Of a stretch of DNA of 64,000 bases, positions 28,846-40,723 are shown one piece after another. The DNA comes from Macrostomum lignano. Its lineage: Eukaryota. Position numbers and translations under genes: made by a program. Below the pieces are notes generated by a model. The model did no database searches. It had not been told where the DNA came from and saw nothing but the letters and a program-made list of their open reading frames with translations. The stretch's first letter is position 1. Every line of letters starts with the position of its first letter. The stretch lies in contig NIVC01001491.1 of assembly GCA_002269645.1 (NCBI GenBank), forward strand, positions 62,001-126,000, in the 5' to 3' direction.

Positions 28846-30264
28846 TGACCATTCTAGGAATACTTTAAGTCAACTATATCATAGCTATTGCTGAGCCATA
28901 AAGCTCTAGTACATATATTACTTGTCAGATGCTTTTACACGAATTTACACAATTTTTCATGGCACGTGATGGCTTCCTGCCATGTGTTTCGACATGTACG
29001 CAAAAATACCCAGAATATTTTGCCGATAAAAATCATTTCCTGGTCTATAAATTACGGCTGAATCGACCCAGAATTTTATTGTGTGATATTTATGTGCACA
29101 CACCACACCACAATTTGCCTCTCTGTTGGCCACTCAAATGAAGCGCATGGCGCCGCTCGAAAGAAATGGCCAGTGCCCTTAAGTAAAGTCATGCTCGTTT
29201 CTGGTGGCATCATTATGGGGATGATTAAACTTCATGTAAAAAATCGAAAGTCAAAAGTCGTTGGCCTAGCTTTTTGCACTCATTTGTGCGCTCGAATAGC
29301 ATCCCTAGCAACTGCATGTACATCTTGCTTGGCTAATCCTCACCGGCGAACCTACTATGAGTTATACATCAATTATAAATATAAAGTAAATTTACCTGTA
29401 CCAAGGATCATGTATGTATATTTAATCGAGTCTGTGGTGAAGAAATTGTATGTAACATTGAATTTTGTTCAGGCCAGACCGATCGATGTATTCAAAATTC
29501 AAATTAATGTTTTATTTTACACACTCAAAATGCATATCGGCCAATCATAACTGAAGATGATGTACAGAAGTAGTAAAACGTATCAGCTACTGTAGTCAAT
29601 TTCCAGCAGGCCTTCACTCCTGTATGTTTAGCAAAATTGGTGCAGTTACTAATAACATTGGCTAAGAGTAAAAGAAGCTTGCACATATACAAGCGCATTT
29701 ACATGTATATGATGTACTTAGCGGCACCAAAAAAGTATGAAAGGCATTTATTAGTAATTAAACAGATGCTGTCAAAGCTGATTCAGTAGCATTGATTAGC
29801 AGCAATAAGGCAGAACAGTACAATATGTTCAATTCAGTCCTCTATGCTTCGAAGTATACGAAACTAAACCTTTATATCTATCTCTTAAACTTATTAATTT
29901 GCCATATATATTAATAAATATATAGCTGTACATGTACAGACAGTATCCATACATTGAACAGTCTGTTTAATGTAACTTAAGTCCCCGATCCGATATTTTG
30001 AATTGATTTATACAATGTTGGATACTCAGCTAAACAAAAATCTGCGAAACAAACTGTTTTTAAACGCAGCATCTAACCAATAAATTCTTAATATTGAATG
30101 ATTTTCGGCATAAACTAAAAGGAATTACGATTGTTTATAACTATGAGCAAAATCTTTTAACTTCACATTTAATGTGAAATTTTCCTAGCTTTCTTACAAC
30201 GTACATTGTTGCGTGCGTGCTATAGGTTCTCTGCTTTCACATTCGCACTCTAGCATTTGCTTTC

Positions 30265-30275
30265 TATATATAAAA
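30265..30275 (+). promoter_or_regulatory. Probable TATA box of the ferritin gene
   Basis: TATATATAAAA about 110 nt upstream of the ATG at 30385. Confidence 0.5.
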
Positions 30276-30384
30276 CAACGCGTTTAGCTATATCAGCGGA
30301 TAAAATTCGCCGCATAACATACGTTTATATACGCAATAGTACTCATAGACCGAACTATATAATATCAATAACTAACTAACCACA

Positions 30385-32969
30385 ATGAGCCGTGTACGCC
30401 AGAACTTCCATGAGGACTGCGAGGCCGCCATTAACAAGCAGATCAACATGGAGCTGTATGCCTCGTACACCTACCAGGCGATGCACTTCCATTTCTTGCG
30501 CGAAGATGTTGCCTTGAAGGGTATCGCCGGATTCTTCGGCAAGAGCTCCGAGGAGGAGCGAGAGCACGCCGAGAAGCTGATGAAGTACCAGAACATGCGC
30601 GGCGGCACCATTGTCTTGCAAGATGTACAGAAGCCCGCCAAGCAGACCTGGGGCTCAATGCTAGAAGCTATTCAGGATGCTCTGGAGCTTGAGAAAGTTG
30701 TCAATCAGGTGAGCTTCAGTGTATAGCAGGCCTTTTTAAGCCTTTTAAATAAAATTAGGCTCTATCATCAGGCCTAACTGCCTAACACTACTAGGCCTAC
30801 AGGAATTTTTAATTGACCTATAACTATAAGATAAGTATAATTTGCTTTGTAGAATGTATACTTTAATATTATTTATAACAAACAAAATAACATAATGTAG
30901 AAAATAGGGACTAATTCACTTTTTAATTAAACAGTTTCATTTTATTTAAGATTTATTCTTTATATATATATTTGTTAAATTAAGTCTAAACGTAATTCAC
31001 ATAAAAAGAAAAGGGTAAGGCCTAGCCTAATGCAATGAAATTGAAATAAACCAAGGCCAAGGCCCAAGCAAGGCAAGGGAATACTAAATATATATAATAA
31101 GTTTTATTAAAAATCAAAAATATGTATGGCACAATTCCTTGGTTAAAACCAAAGTAAATTTATTTCTTTAATGCTTTTCAAATAACTGCACCTTAATGGT
31201 CTATGCTTATATAGTTATTAATTTAGTAAGAAATCATTTTGCAATTTTGCCAATTTTCTATAGATATAAAATTTAATTCGTTATAAAAATGCAATTTAGA
31301 TTAGGCCCCCTAGTCTAATTGCAGCCTAGTTTAGTCTAGTAGCCTTTTCTATAGGCCTTTTTAAACCTTTAGTTTTATCATTACTATTATATAATATTAT
31401 ATTTTTTATTACTAAAAATGGTTATCATTTTATTTTTAGTCATATATATTTTCACTATACTATAATAGAAATTCTAGTATGATTTAAAATGTTATTCTTT
31501 TAGAAATTTTGAAAAATAGTTGTGACATTTCTACTAGATTGTTTTTAATTAAATTAGAATTCCTTTTATCCATTGCTTATTTATAGCTAGGCTTACATAT
31601 TTAAGTTTTTTATAGTAACCTATTACTCAAGAGATATAGGCATTTTGGTCCTTTTGATAATTTAGTCTTTGCCACCCCTGATCCTTCAGACACCACCCTC
31701 CTTGATCCTTTAGACAGTATCTTCCCTGATCCTTTAAGCACCACCCTCCTTAATCCTTCAGACAGCGCCCTCCCTGATTCTTCAGACAGCACCCCTGATC
31801 CTTCAGACAGCACCCCTGATCCTTCAGACAGCACCCTCCCTGATCCTTCAGACAGCACCCCTGATCCTTCAGACAGCACCCCTGATCCTTCAGACAGCAC
31901 CCCTGATCCTTCAGACAGCACCCCTGATCCTTCAGACAGCACCCCTGATCCTTCAGACAGCACCCCTGATCCTTCAGACAGCACCCCTGATCCTTCAGAC
32001 AGCACCCTCCCTGATCCTTCAGACACCACCCTCCCTGATCCTTTAGACAGTATCTTCCCTGATCCTTCAAGCACCACCCTCCTTGATCCTTCAGACAGCA
32101 CCCTCCCTGATTCTTCAGACAGCACCCCTGATCCTTCAGACAGCACCCCTGATCTTTCAGACACCACCCTCCCTGATCTTTCAGACACCACCCTCCCTGA
32201 TCTTTCAGACACCACCCTCCCTGATCTTTCAGACACCACCCTCCCTGATCTTTCAGACACCACCCTCCCTGATCTTTCAGACGCCACCCTCCCTGATTCT
32301 TCAGACACCACCCTCCCTGATCTTTCAGACACCACCCTCCCTGATCTTTCAGACACCACCCTCCCTGATCTTTCAGACGCCACCCTCCCTGATTCTTCAG
32401 ACACCACCCTCCCTGATCTTTCAGACACCACCCTCCCTGATCTTTCAGACACCACCCTCCCTGATCTTTCAGACACCACCCTCCCTGATCTTTCAGACAC
32501 CACCCTCCCTGATCTTTCAGACACCACCCTCCCTGATCTTTCAGACGCCACCCTCCCTGATTCTTCAGACACCACCCTCCCTGATCTTTCAGACACCACC
32601 CTCCCTGATCTTTCAGACACCACCCTCCCTGATCTTTCAGACACCACCCTCCCTGATCTTTCAGACACCACCCTCCCTGATCTTTCAGACACCACCCTCC
32701 CTGATCTTTCAGACACCACCCTCCCTGATTCTTCAGACACTAAAACCTATTCGCCCACCTCCCCACCCCACCAGAGCCTGCTGGATCTGCAGAAACTCGC
32801 TGACAATCGCGGCGACCCCCAGCTGTGCGATTTTATCGAAGGCGAATACCTGAAAGAGCAGGTGGAGTCCATCAAGGAGCTGGCGGATCACGCCACTAAT
32901 TTGAAGCGAGTTGGCTCAGGTCTCGGCGAGTTCATGTACGACAAGGAAGCTTTCGGCGAATCTTCTTGA
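30385..32969 (+). CDS. FTH1: Cytosolic H-type ferritin, 172 aa; exons 30385-30708 and 32775-32969
   Basis: [90 protein letters not shown]; ferroxidase residues present; phase-0 GT-AG intron; no signal peptide. Confidence 0.96.
31670..32740. repeat. Intronic minisatellite with 21-nt (CCCCTGATCCTTCAGACAGCA) and 24-nt (CCCTCCCTGATCTTTCAGACACCA) domains
   Basis: Tandem copies ending ~35 nt before the ferritin exon-2 acceptor. Confidence 0.95.
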
Positions 32970-34089
32970 AAATTCTTGATTGGTGTGCATTGATATTGAC
33001 TTCAGGAGAGACTTCAGGAGCAATTTAGTAGCTATAGAATTCACAGCTGTGTGCAAAAAAATAATCTGTACGAAGTTCTGTTATAATCCCGTTTAATCTT
33101 GTCATTATTTATACAGTAGTTAAGTTGATATAAACCGTTATAATTGTTGTTTAAGTAACTCGATATCATGGATCTTTTCAAGCAATTGATATGTTTAACT
33201 GTATTAGTTATTATATTACTTTGAATAATACTTTTCCGAGCTAAATAAATTGAATAATTTCTGTAGGGCAAGCTTTCCGAATTCCAAAATTATAGTTCTG
33301 CAAAATATAAAATTTTCTAGTTTGTTTGTAGTCTCTTATTTTCTACGATAGTATTGATAGTTGTTGGTGTTGTCTAATCTCTAATCTCCTCTTTCCTTTT
33401 CTTTTCTAATTCCTCTCCTCTTCTCTAATGACGAAAATGATAACTATTTAAATTATATTAAAGTACGATATCATTCAGATTAAAGGATAATGACTTATTT
33501 ATAGTCGTAGTCTATTTCTATAGCAACGCTGATGAAAAACTAATTTGGGCCATCTATTTTAAAAAGTTAATAATTTTCGTTGCTTGCTACTTACATGTAG
33601 AAGTAGACAGTTGAAGTGCTAGGATTTTAAAGGCAGTCAGCCATAATTTTGAAGCGTAGTACTGTGTAATGCATTACTGACAAATGACCCCCCAAGTTCT
33701 TTTTATATTAAAAGCTGTGAGGTAATACAATTTACCAATATGACAGTAGACTGCATGCTTTCTCACATAAGAATGATCTCTCTTAGTATCTCTTGATCAT
33801 GAGGTCTGATATGCAATTTCCGGTTAATCAAGGCACAGTATACATACATATCTGCGTATTCCTGTGAATATTCAAAGGATTAATCTTATGTCGATGTATC
33901 AGCTTAAAGAGCTTGTTTAGAAATTATTTCTCGCGAATGAATATACTAATCCCTCTATATTACAGTGTGTTTCTTATCAAGCATTCTCATTGCATGTATG
34001 TATTACAACTGCATGTATGTACGTGTACATTCTCTGCAAGTTTAATGTAGTTGACGAAGTCTCTCTGTACAATGTACTATAGTCTTTTG

Positions 34090-35320
34090 GTGCCGCGAGA
34101 GGGAAAGGAGATTGGCACCGAGAAGGAATAGAGATTGGCATCGAGAAGGAAGGGAATGGCGCCGAGAAGGAATGGAGATTGACGTCGAGAAGGAATGGAG
34201 ATTGGCACCGAGAAGGAATGGAGATTGGCGCCGGGAAGGAATGTAGATTGGCGTCGAGAAGGAATGGAGATTGGCACCGAGAAGGAATGAATATTGCCGC
34301 CGAGAAGGAATGGAGATTGGCGCCGAGAAGGAATGTAGATTGGCGTCGAGAAGGAATGGAGATTGGCGCCGAGAAGGAATGGATATTGGCGCCGAGAAGG
34401 AATGGAGATTGGCGCCGAGAGGGAATGGAGATTGGCGCCGGGAAGGAATAGGAATGGCGTCGAGAGGGAATGGAGATTGGCGCCGAGAAGGAATGGAGAT
34501 TGGCGCCGAGAAGGAATGGAGATTGGCGCCGAGAGGGAATATAATGGAGATTGGCGCCGGGAAGGAATGGGAATGGCGTCGAGAGGGAATTGAGATTGGC
34601 ACCGAGAAGGAATGGAGATTGGCGCCGAGATGGAATCGAGATTAGCATCGAGAAGGAATGGAGATTGGCGTCGGGAGGGAATGGATATTGGCGCTGAGAG
34701 GGAATGGAGATTGGCGCCGAGAAGGAATTGAGATTGGCGCCGAGAAGGAATGGAGATTGGCGCCGAGAGGAAATGGAGATTGGCGCCGAGAGGGAAAGGA
34801 GATTGGTGCCGAGATGGAATCGAGATTGGCGTCGAGAGGGAATGGAGATTGGCGCTGAGAGGGAATGGAGATTGGCGCCGAGAAGGAATGGAGATTGGCG
34901 CCGAGAAGGAATGGAGATTGGCGCCGAGAGGAAATGGAGATTGGCGCCGAGAAGGAATGGATATTGGCACTGAGAAGGAATAGAGATTGGCATCGAGAAG
35001 GAAGGGAATGGCGCCGAGAAGGAATTGAGATTGGCGCCGAGAGGAAATGTAGATTGGCGCCGAGAAGGAATGGAGATTGGCACCGAGAAGGAATGGAGAT
35101 TGGCGCTGAGAAGGAATTGAGATTGGCGCCGAGAAGGAATGGAGATTGGCGCCGAGAGGAAATGGAGATTGGCGCCGAGAGGGAAAGGAGATTGGTGCCG
35201 AGAAGGAATTGAGATTGGCGCCGAGAAGGAATGGAGATTGGCGCCGACAATGAATGGAGATTGGCGCCGACAATGAATGGAGATTAGCGCCGACAATGAA
35301 TGGAGATTAGCGCCGAGAAG
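34090..35320. repeat. 23-nt minisatellite GAGATTGGCGCCGAGAAGGAATG
   Basis: Degenerate tandem copies; source of many overlapping ORF calls. Confidence 0.95.
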
Positions 35321-35849
35321 ACAGACAGGAGAGCAGTTCGGGCAGAATTTGAATGACGGCTAGGCAGCCTTGAGAAGAATGCCATACACGGTTCAGGTGC
35401 CAGTTCCATACCTAGAGTCTGCGTGCTTCCTAATTTTGCCAAGATCGTTCAACTTCAGCTATCGTGACTCTGACCCTGAATTCACCAGTCAGCTCATCTC
35501 ACCACCCAGACCTTTTGCCCCTCAATCTTCTAAGGTTTTTTTATATTCTCAAAATCGCAAAGCAGCAAGACGACCCAGAGAGGTTCAAGCAAAGACCAGG
35601 AAGAGGCTAAAGATTGCATTGTTGAGTTGCTTTTAGCTCACGGGCTGATGGAGCGCAGAGGAGACTGCAAGCTTCCGGTGAGGCCGTTCTTCCACTCTGG
35701 TAGCTATTATATAAAAATATTACGGGCCCGACCCGTTGCAGTGAGGAAGTCAGGGGGACAAAAGTTGATTCCATGCAGGCTTCTTCCAGAAAATTAATTC
35801 TCTGCGTGCCACGGGATGGTAGAAGCCACGGCTTTTGGCTTTTGTATAG

Positions 35850-36605
35850 CATTCCTCACCCAGAATCCCCAATCTTCCCCATCCAGAATCCTCAATTTTC
35901 CCCACCCAGAGGCCTCAATCTCCCCACACAGAATCGTCAATCTTCCCCATCCAGAATCCTCAATCTTCCCCATCCAGAATCCTCAATCTTCCCCATCCAG
36001 AATCCTCAATCTTCTTCATCCAGAATCCTCAATCTTCTTCATCCAGAACCCTTAATCTTCCCCATCCAGAATACCCAATCTTCCCCATCCAGAACACCCA
36101 ATCTTACGCATCCAGAACACCCAATCTTACGCATCCAGAATACCCAATCTTCCCCATCCAGAATACCCAATCTTCCCATCCAGAATACCCAATCTTCCCA
36201 TCCAGAATACCCAATCTTCCCCATCCAGAATACCCAATCTTCCCCATCCAGAATCCTCAATCTTCCCCATCCAGAATCCTCAATCTTCCCCATCCAGAAT
36301 CCTCAATCTTCCCCATCCAGAATCCTCAATCTTCCCCATCCAGAATCCTCAATCTTCCCCACCCAGAATACCCAATCTTCCCCACCCAGAACACCCAATC
36401 TTCCCCATCCAGAACACCCAATCTTCCCCATCCAGAACACCCAATCTTCCCCATCCAGAACACCCAATCTTCCCCATCCAGAACACCCAATCTTCCCATC
36501 CAGAATACCCAATCTTCCCATCCAGAATACCCAATCTTCCCCATCCAGAATACCCAATCTTCCCCATCCAGAATACCCAATCTTCCCCATCCAGAATCCT
36601 CCAAT
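35850..36605. repeat. 22-23-nt minisatellite CCCAATCTTCCCCATCCAGAATA
   Basis: Tandem copies. Confidence 0.94.
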
Positions 36606-37153
36606 CTGATAGCAAATGTAGCTATTTACTTGAGTCTGTACAAACACAGACATTTTTGTCCATAAATTTATATGCCAAGGACCACTAGGAACACTTCGTT
36701 ATAGTCAAGTCTAGTAGTCCTTGGTATATGCATAGCGATGGTGTCCAGTCGCACAATGCAGTGATCAAATATAGTATCTAGTATTTGTTTATGAGAGTAT
36801 CGAGCTCAGCACTGAAGATTGCCTGTTTTCTAAAATATCTCTATGCTCAATGTCTGCAGGGAGTTCGGCTGCTGCTCGGGTATCCAAGTCACCTCCAGGT
36901 GTGACCGACCAATCGGCAAGGATAGCAAAATGAGATGATAGATTTCTATTGCCTCTTTTTAATGCAAATAAACCGCTCTGTTTTGTCTGATAATAGTGTC
37001 TGCTGGTCAGCTGGTAGTCTTTTTGGTGTCTTAAATTTACATGGCTATTCCTGTATCATTATAGCAATGCATGTAAAATTATTGATATCGCAGTTGCATA
37101 AACCATTGAACGAAATCATGAGACAGGTGAAACCTGGGATAGAAAAACTCCGC

Positions 37154-37925
37154 GCGGCCCATAAAGCCTCTCTATCCAGCTCTCGGGTCCTTTGAAACTT
37201 CACAATGGCAATGGGGCCCGCTCAGGTTTGTCACACTTCTCAGCTCTCTTCTATCCTCTCTTCTCCTCACTCCTCTCTCCTCTCCTCTCCTCTCTTCTCT
37301 CCTCTCCTCTCCTCTCCTCTCCTCTCCTCTCCTCTCCTCTCCTCTCCTCTCCTCTCCTCTCTTCTCTCCTCTCTTCTCTTCTCTTCTCTCCTCTCCTCTC
37401 CTCTCCTCTCCTCCTCTCCTCTCTCCTCTCCTCTCCTCTCCTCTCCTCTCCTCTCCTCTCCTCTCTTCTCTCCTCTCTTCTCTTCTCTCCTCTCCTCTCC
37501 TCTCCTCTCCTCTCCTCTCCTCCTCTCCTCTCTCCTCTCCTCTCCTCTCTTCTCCTCTCCTCTCTCCTCTCCTCTCTTCTCTCCTCTCTTCTCCTCACTC
37601 CTCTCCCATCTTCTCTCCCCTTTCCACTCTCCTCTCCCATCTTCTTTCCCCTTTCCTATTTTCTCTCGGAAGTCTCATCCCCTCTCTCCTCTCTTCTCTC
37701 CTCTCCTCTCCTCTCCTCTCTTCTCTCCTCTCTTCTCTTCTCTCCTCTCTTCTCTTCTCTCCTCTCCTCTCCTCTCCTCTCCTCTCTTCTCTCCTCTCTT
37801 CTCTTCTCTCCTCTCTCCTCTTCTCTCTCTCTCCTCTACTCCCCTCTCTCCTCTCCTCTCTCCTACCCTCTCTCCTCTCCTCTTTTCTCTCCTCTTTCCT
37901 CCTCTCTCGTCTCTGTTCTCTCTTC
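37154..37925 (+). repeat. Conserved leader followed by a (CTCTC)n-type polypyrimidine tract
   Basis: Leader GCGGCCC...AAGCCTC...TCGGGTCCTTTGAA and CTTCTCAGCTCTCT, also found at 61557-61633; CT tract at 37240-37925. Confidence 0.8.
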
Positions 37926-38647
37926 TTACTCGTAAAAGGGAAAGATGAAAAGGGCGGATCGAACCCTGGGCCCCAGGTTCAATTTCGCGCGCGTCTGTAT
38001 TAATGACCCTTTTCAAATCTGTTTGCTTCTTCAATCAGTAAAAGATTAGAAAAAAACAATCAGATTCTGTGAGGGAATCAAAGGGGAAGGAAGTTACGGA
38101 AAGAGCATTGTTGTGCAGACAAAGGTGGATTCACAGGCCCGAGAAATTCTTGATTGAGCTAAGTGGCCCTGTAAGTCTTGCTTTTTTAACACTTCTTCTG
38201 CAGCACTAGAGATTCAAACCCTTATTTAGCTGACACCATCAATTCAACAGCCTGCAGGTGCCGTGGCTTGCAAAGATTTCTATCAGGAAGTTTTTCTGAA
38301 GCCGAAAGGAAACTTTTAGAGGATTTTTTCACTCTTTTTGTCACCCCGCGCTGCAGTCCTCGCGGTACAGAGGGAGAGAGAGGGGGCCAGAATGCCTTCA
38401 GGGGCCCACGAGCCTCGCTCTTGAGCCTGTCTGACAGCTCAGATCCAAGAGCAAGTGTTTGCTTTTGGTTTGAGTTGATTTTTTTTAACAATCAAGATTA
38501 AGAGGAACTGCGGAGCCAGGCCATGTGCCCTAAAGGAATTTTCTTTCTTGCGACAGGATGCCAACTTTTTAATTTATCATTTCGCTTTATCAACTATAGG
38601 GGTCAGTGCAGGTAGTTAACCTTGGACAACCGGAGTAGAATTACACT

Positions 38648-39400
38648 AGGCGCCAGCACCAAGGGGCGCCAGCACCAAGGGGCGCCAGCACCAAGGGGCG
38701 CCAGCACCAAGGGGCTTTAGCACCAAGGGGCTTTAGCACCAAGGGGCGCCAGCACCAAGGGGCTTTAGCACCAAGGGGCGCCAGCACCAAGGGGCGCCAG
38801 CACCAAGGGGCTTTAGCACCAAGGGGCGCCAGCACCAAGGGGCGCCAGCACCAAGGGGCGCCAGCACCAAGGGGCGCCAGCACCAAGGGGCGCCAGCACC
38901 AAGGGGCGCCAGCACCAAGGGGCGCCAGCACCAAGGGGCGCCAGCACCAAGGGGCGCCAGCACCAAGGGGCGCCAGCACCAAGGGGCGCCAGCACCAAGG
39001 GGCGCCAGCACCAAGGGGCGCCAGCACCAAGGGGCGCCAGCACCAAGGGGCGCCAGCACCAAGGGGCGCCAGCACCAAGGGGCGCCAGCACCAAGGGGCG
39101 CCAGCACCAAGGGGCGCCAGCACCAAGGGGCGCCAGCACCAAGGGGCGCCAGCACCAAGGGGCGCCAGCACCAAGGGGCGCCAGCACCAAGGGGCGCCAG
39201 CACCAAGGGGCGCCAGCACCAAGGGGCGCCAGCACCAAGGGGCGCCAGCACCAAGGGGCGCCAGCACCAAGGGGCGCCAGCACCAAGGGGCGCCAGCACC
39301 AAGGGGCGCCAGCACCAAGGGGCGCCAGCACCAAGGGGCGCCAGCACCAAGGGGCGCCAGCACCAAGGGGCGCCAGCACCAAGGGGCGCCAGCACCAAGG
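38648..39400. repeat. Homogeneous 16-nt minisatellite GGGGCGCCAGCACCAA (~47 copies)
   Basis: Near-invariant tandem units, with a few GGGGCTTTAGCACCAA variants at the left end. Confidence 0.97.
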
Positions 39401-40292
39401 CGGGCACAGCTTATACCCTTAACCTTGTCGAGTTGGTTAAGTGTCACTATTCTGTGTTTTTCCTGCATGCCCAGTTGCAATCAACTTCAGTCACCAGCAG
39501 AATTTCGGTTGAAGGAGAAATTCAATGCGAACCTAAAACAGTTCACAAACCACAAGCACACTTCGCGGATGTTAAAAAAGTCATAAATAAATTTGTTTTA
39601 TGATTCTGCTATTATATAGATTAGGTTGTATGTTTCTAAAGAGATTAACTCAGGGTCTACAACTGTTCAGTTGGTTTTTTAAACAACATTTTTACGCAGC
39701 GTCCGCACGCTACAGTGGCGGTCACTGCCGCTGACTTGACAGGCAGAGAGCACAAAGACTCGCAGGTCCAGCCCAGATCCTTTCTCGGGAAATCCTGAAG
39801 CTTTGCCTGACGAAAGAGTGAATGAAGCAAGCAGCAAGAAGGAGAAGCAGTCTCTCTCTCGCGTGATGTGGGAAGACGAGAGCAGAGAGCGGAACCAATG
39901 CGCTCAGCTTCCTTCCTCCGCATTGGCTAGCCCTGCTCCCGACTCTGCCCTGATCCCCACCCACCTCACGTTTTTCAATTCCCTAGCTAAGATGAGGAAA
40001 TATTTCACACCTCAACCATCCCGTTCTCATTTTATAGAGACTTTACTTGCATTTGGTGAGGGCTGCACACTCGACCAGTCAGTCAGGCAGAGCCATAGGC
40101 ACATCAAAGTCAAAGCAACTTCCTGAGCAGCTCTCGTTTATTCTCTATAGCAAAAGCTGTGTCTTCTTAATACTGTAGCTGTCATATAACTGCTTAACCT
40201 GCGAATGCAGACTCTGAAACAGGAGGAATATTATAGGGCCTGCGCTCTGACTGCCTCTGGCGGCGGGCATGGACACGAACTTGGCGGTGAGT

Positions 40293-40645
40293 TGCCTGCA
40301 TTCTCCCTGCATTCTCCCTGCATTCTCCTTGCATTCTCCCTGCATTCTCCCTGCATTCTCCCTGCCTGCATTCTCCCTGCATTCTCCCTGCATTCTCCCT
40401 GCATTCTCCCTGCATTCTCCCTGCATTCTCCCTGCATTCTACCTGCATTCTCCCTGCATTCTCCCTGCATTCTCCCTGCATTCTCCCTGCATTCTCCCTG
40501 CATTCTCCCTGCATTCTCCCTGCATTCTCCCTGCATTCTCCCTGCATTCTCCCTACATTCTCCCTGCATTCTCCTGCATTCTCCCTGCATTCTCCCTGCA
40601 TTCTCCCTGCATTTTCCCTGCATTCTCCCTGCATTCTCCCTGCAT
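40293..40645. repeat. 11-nt minisatellite CCTGCATTCTC
   Basis: Tandem copies ending ~80 nt before an ETS-gene acceptor. Confidence 0.95.
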
Positions 40646-40723
40646 CCCCCGTGTTAATCCATCAAGCTAAAACTCTTACTAATCCACAAGCAAATCACAC
40701 AAACTCTGCGGAGTCTCCTTCAG

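Noticed and set aside
36860-36898. 39-nt candidate upstream exon of the ETS gene (CTGCAG ... CCAG/GTGTGA)
   Set aside because: Open in more than one phase and cannot be tied to the chain without cDNA
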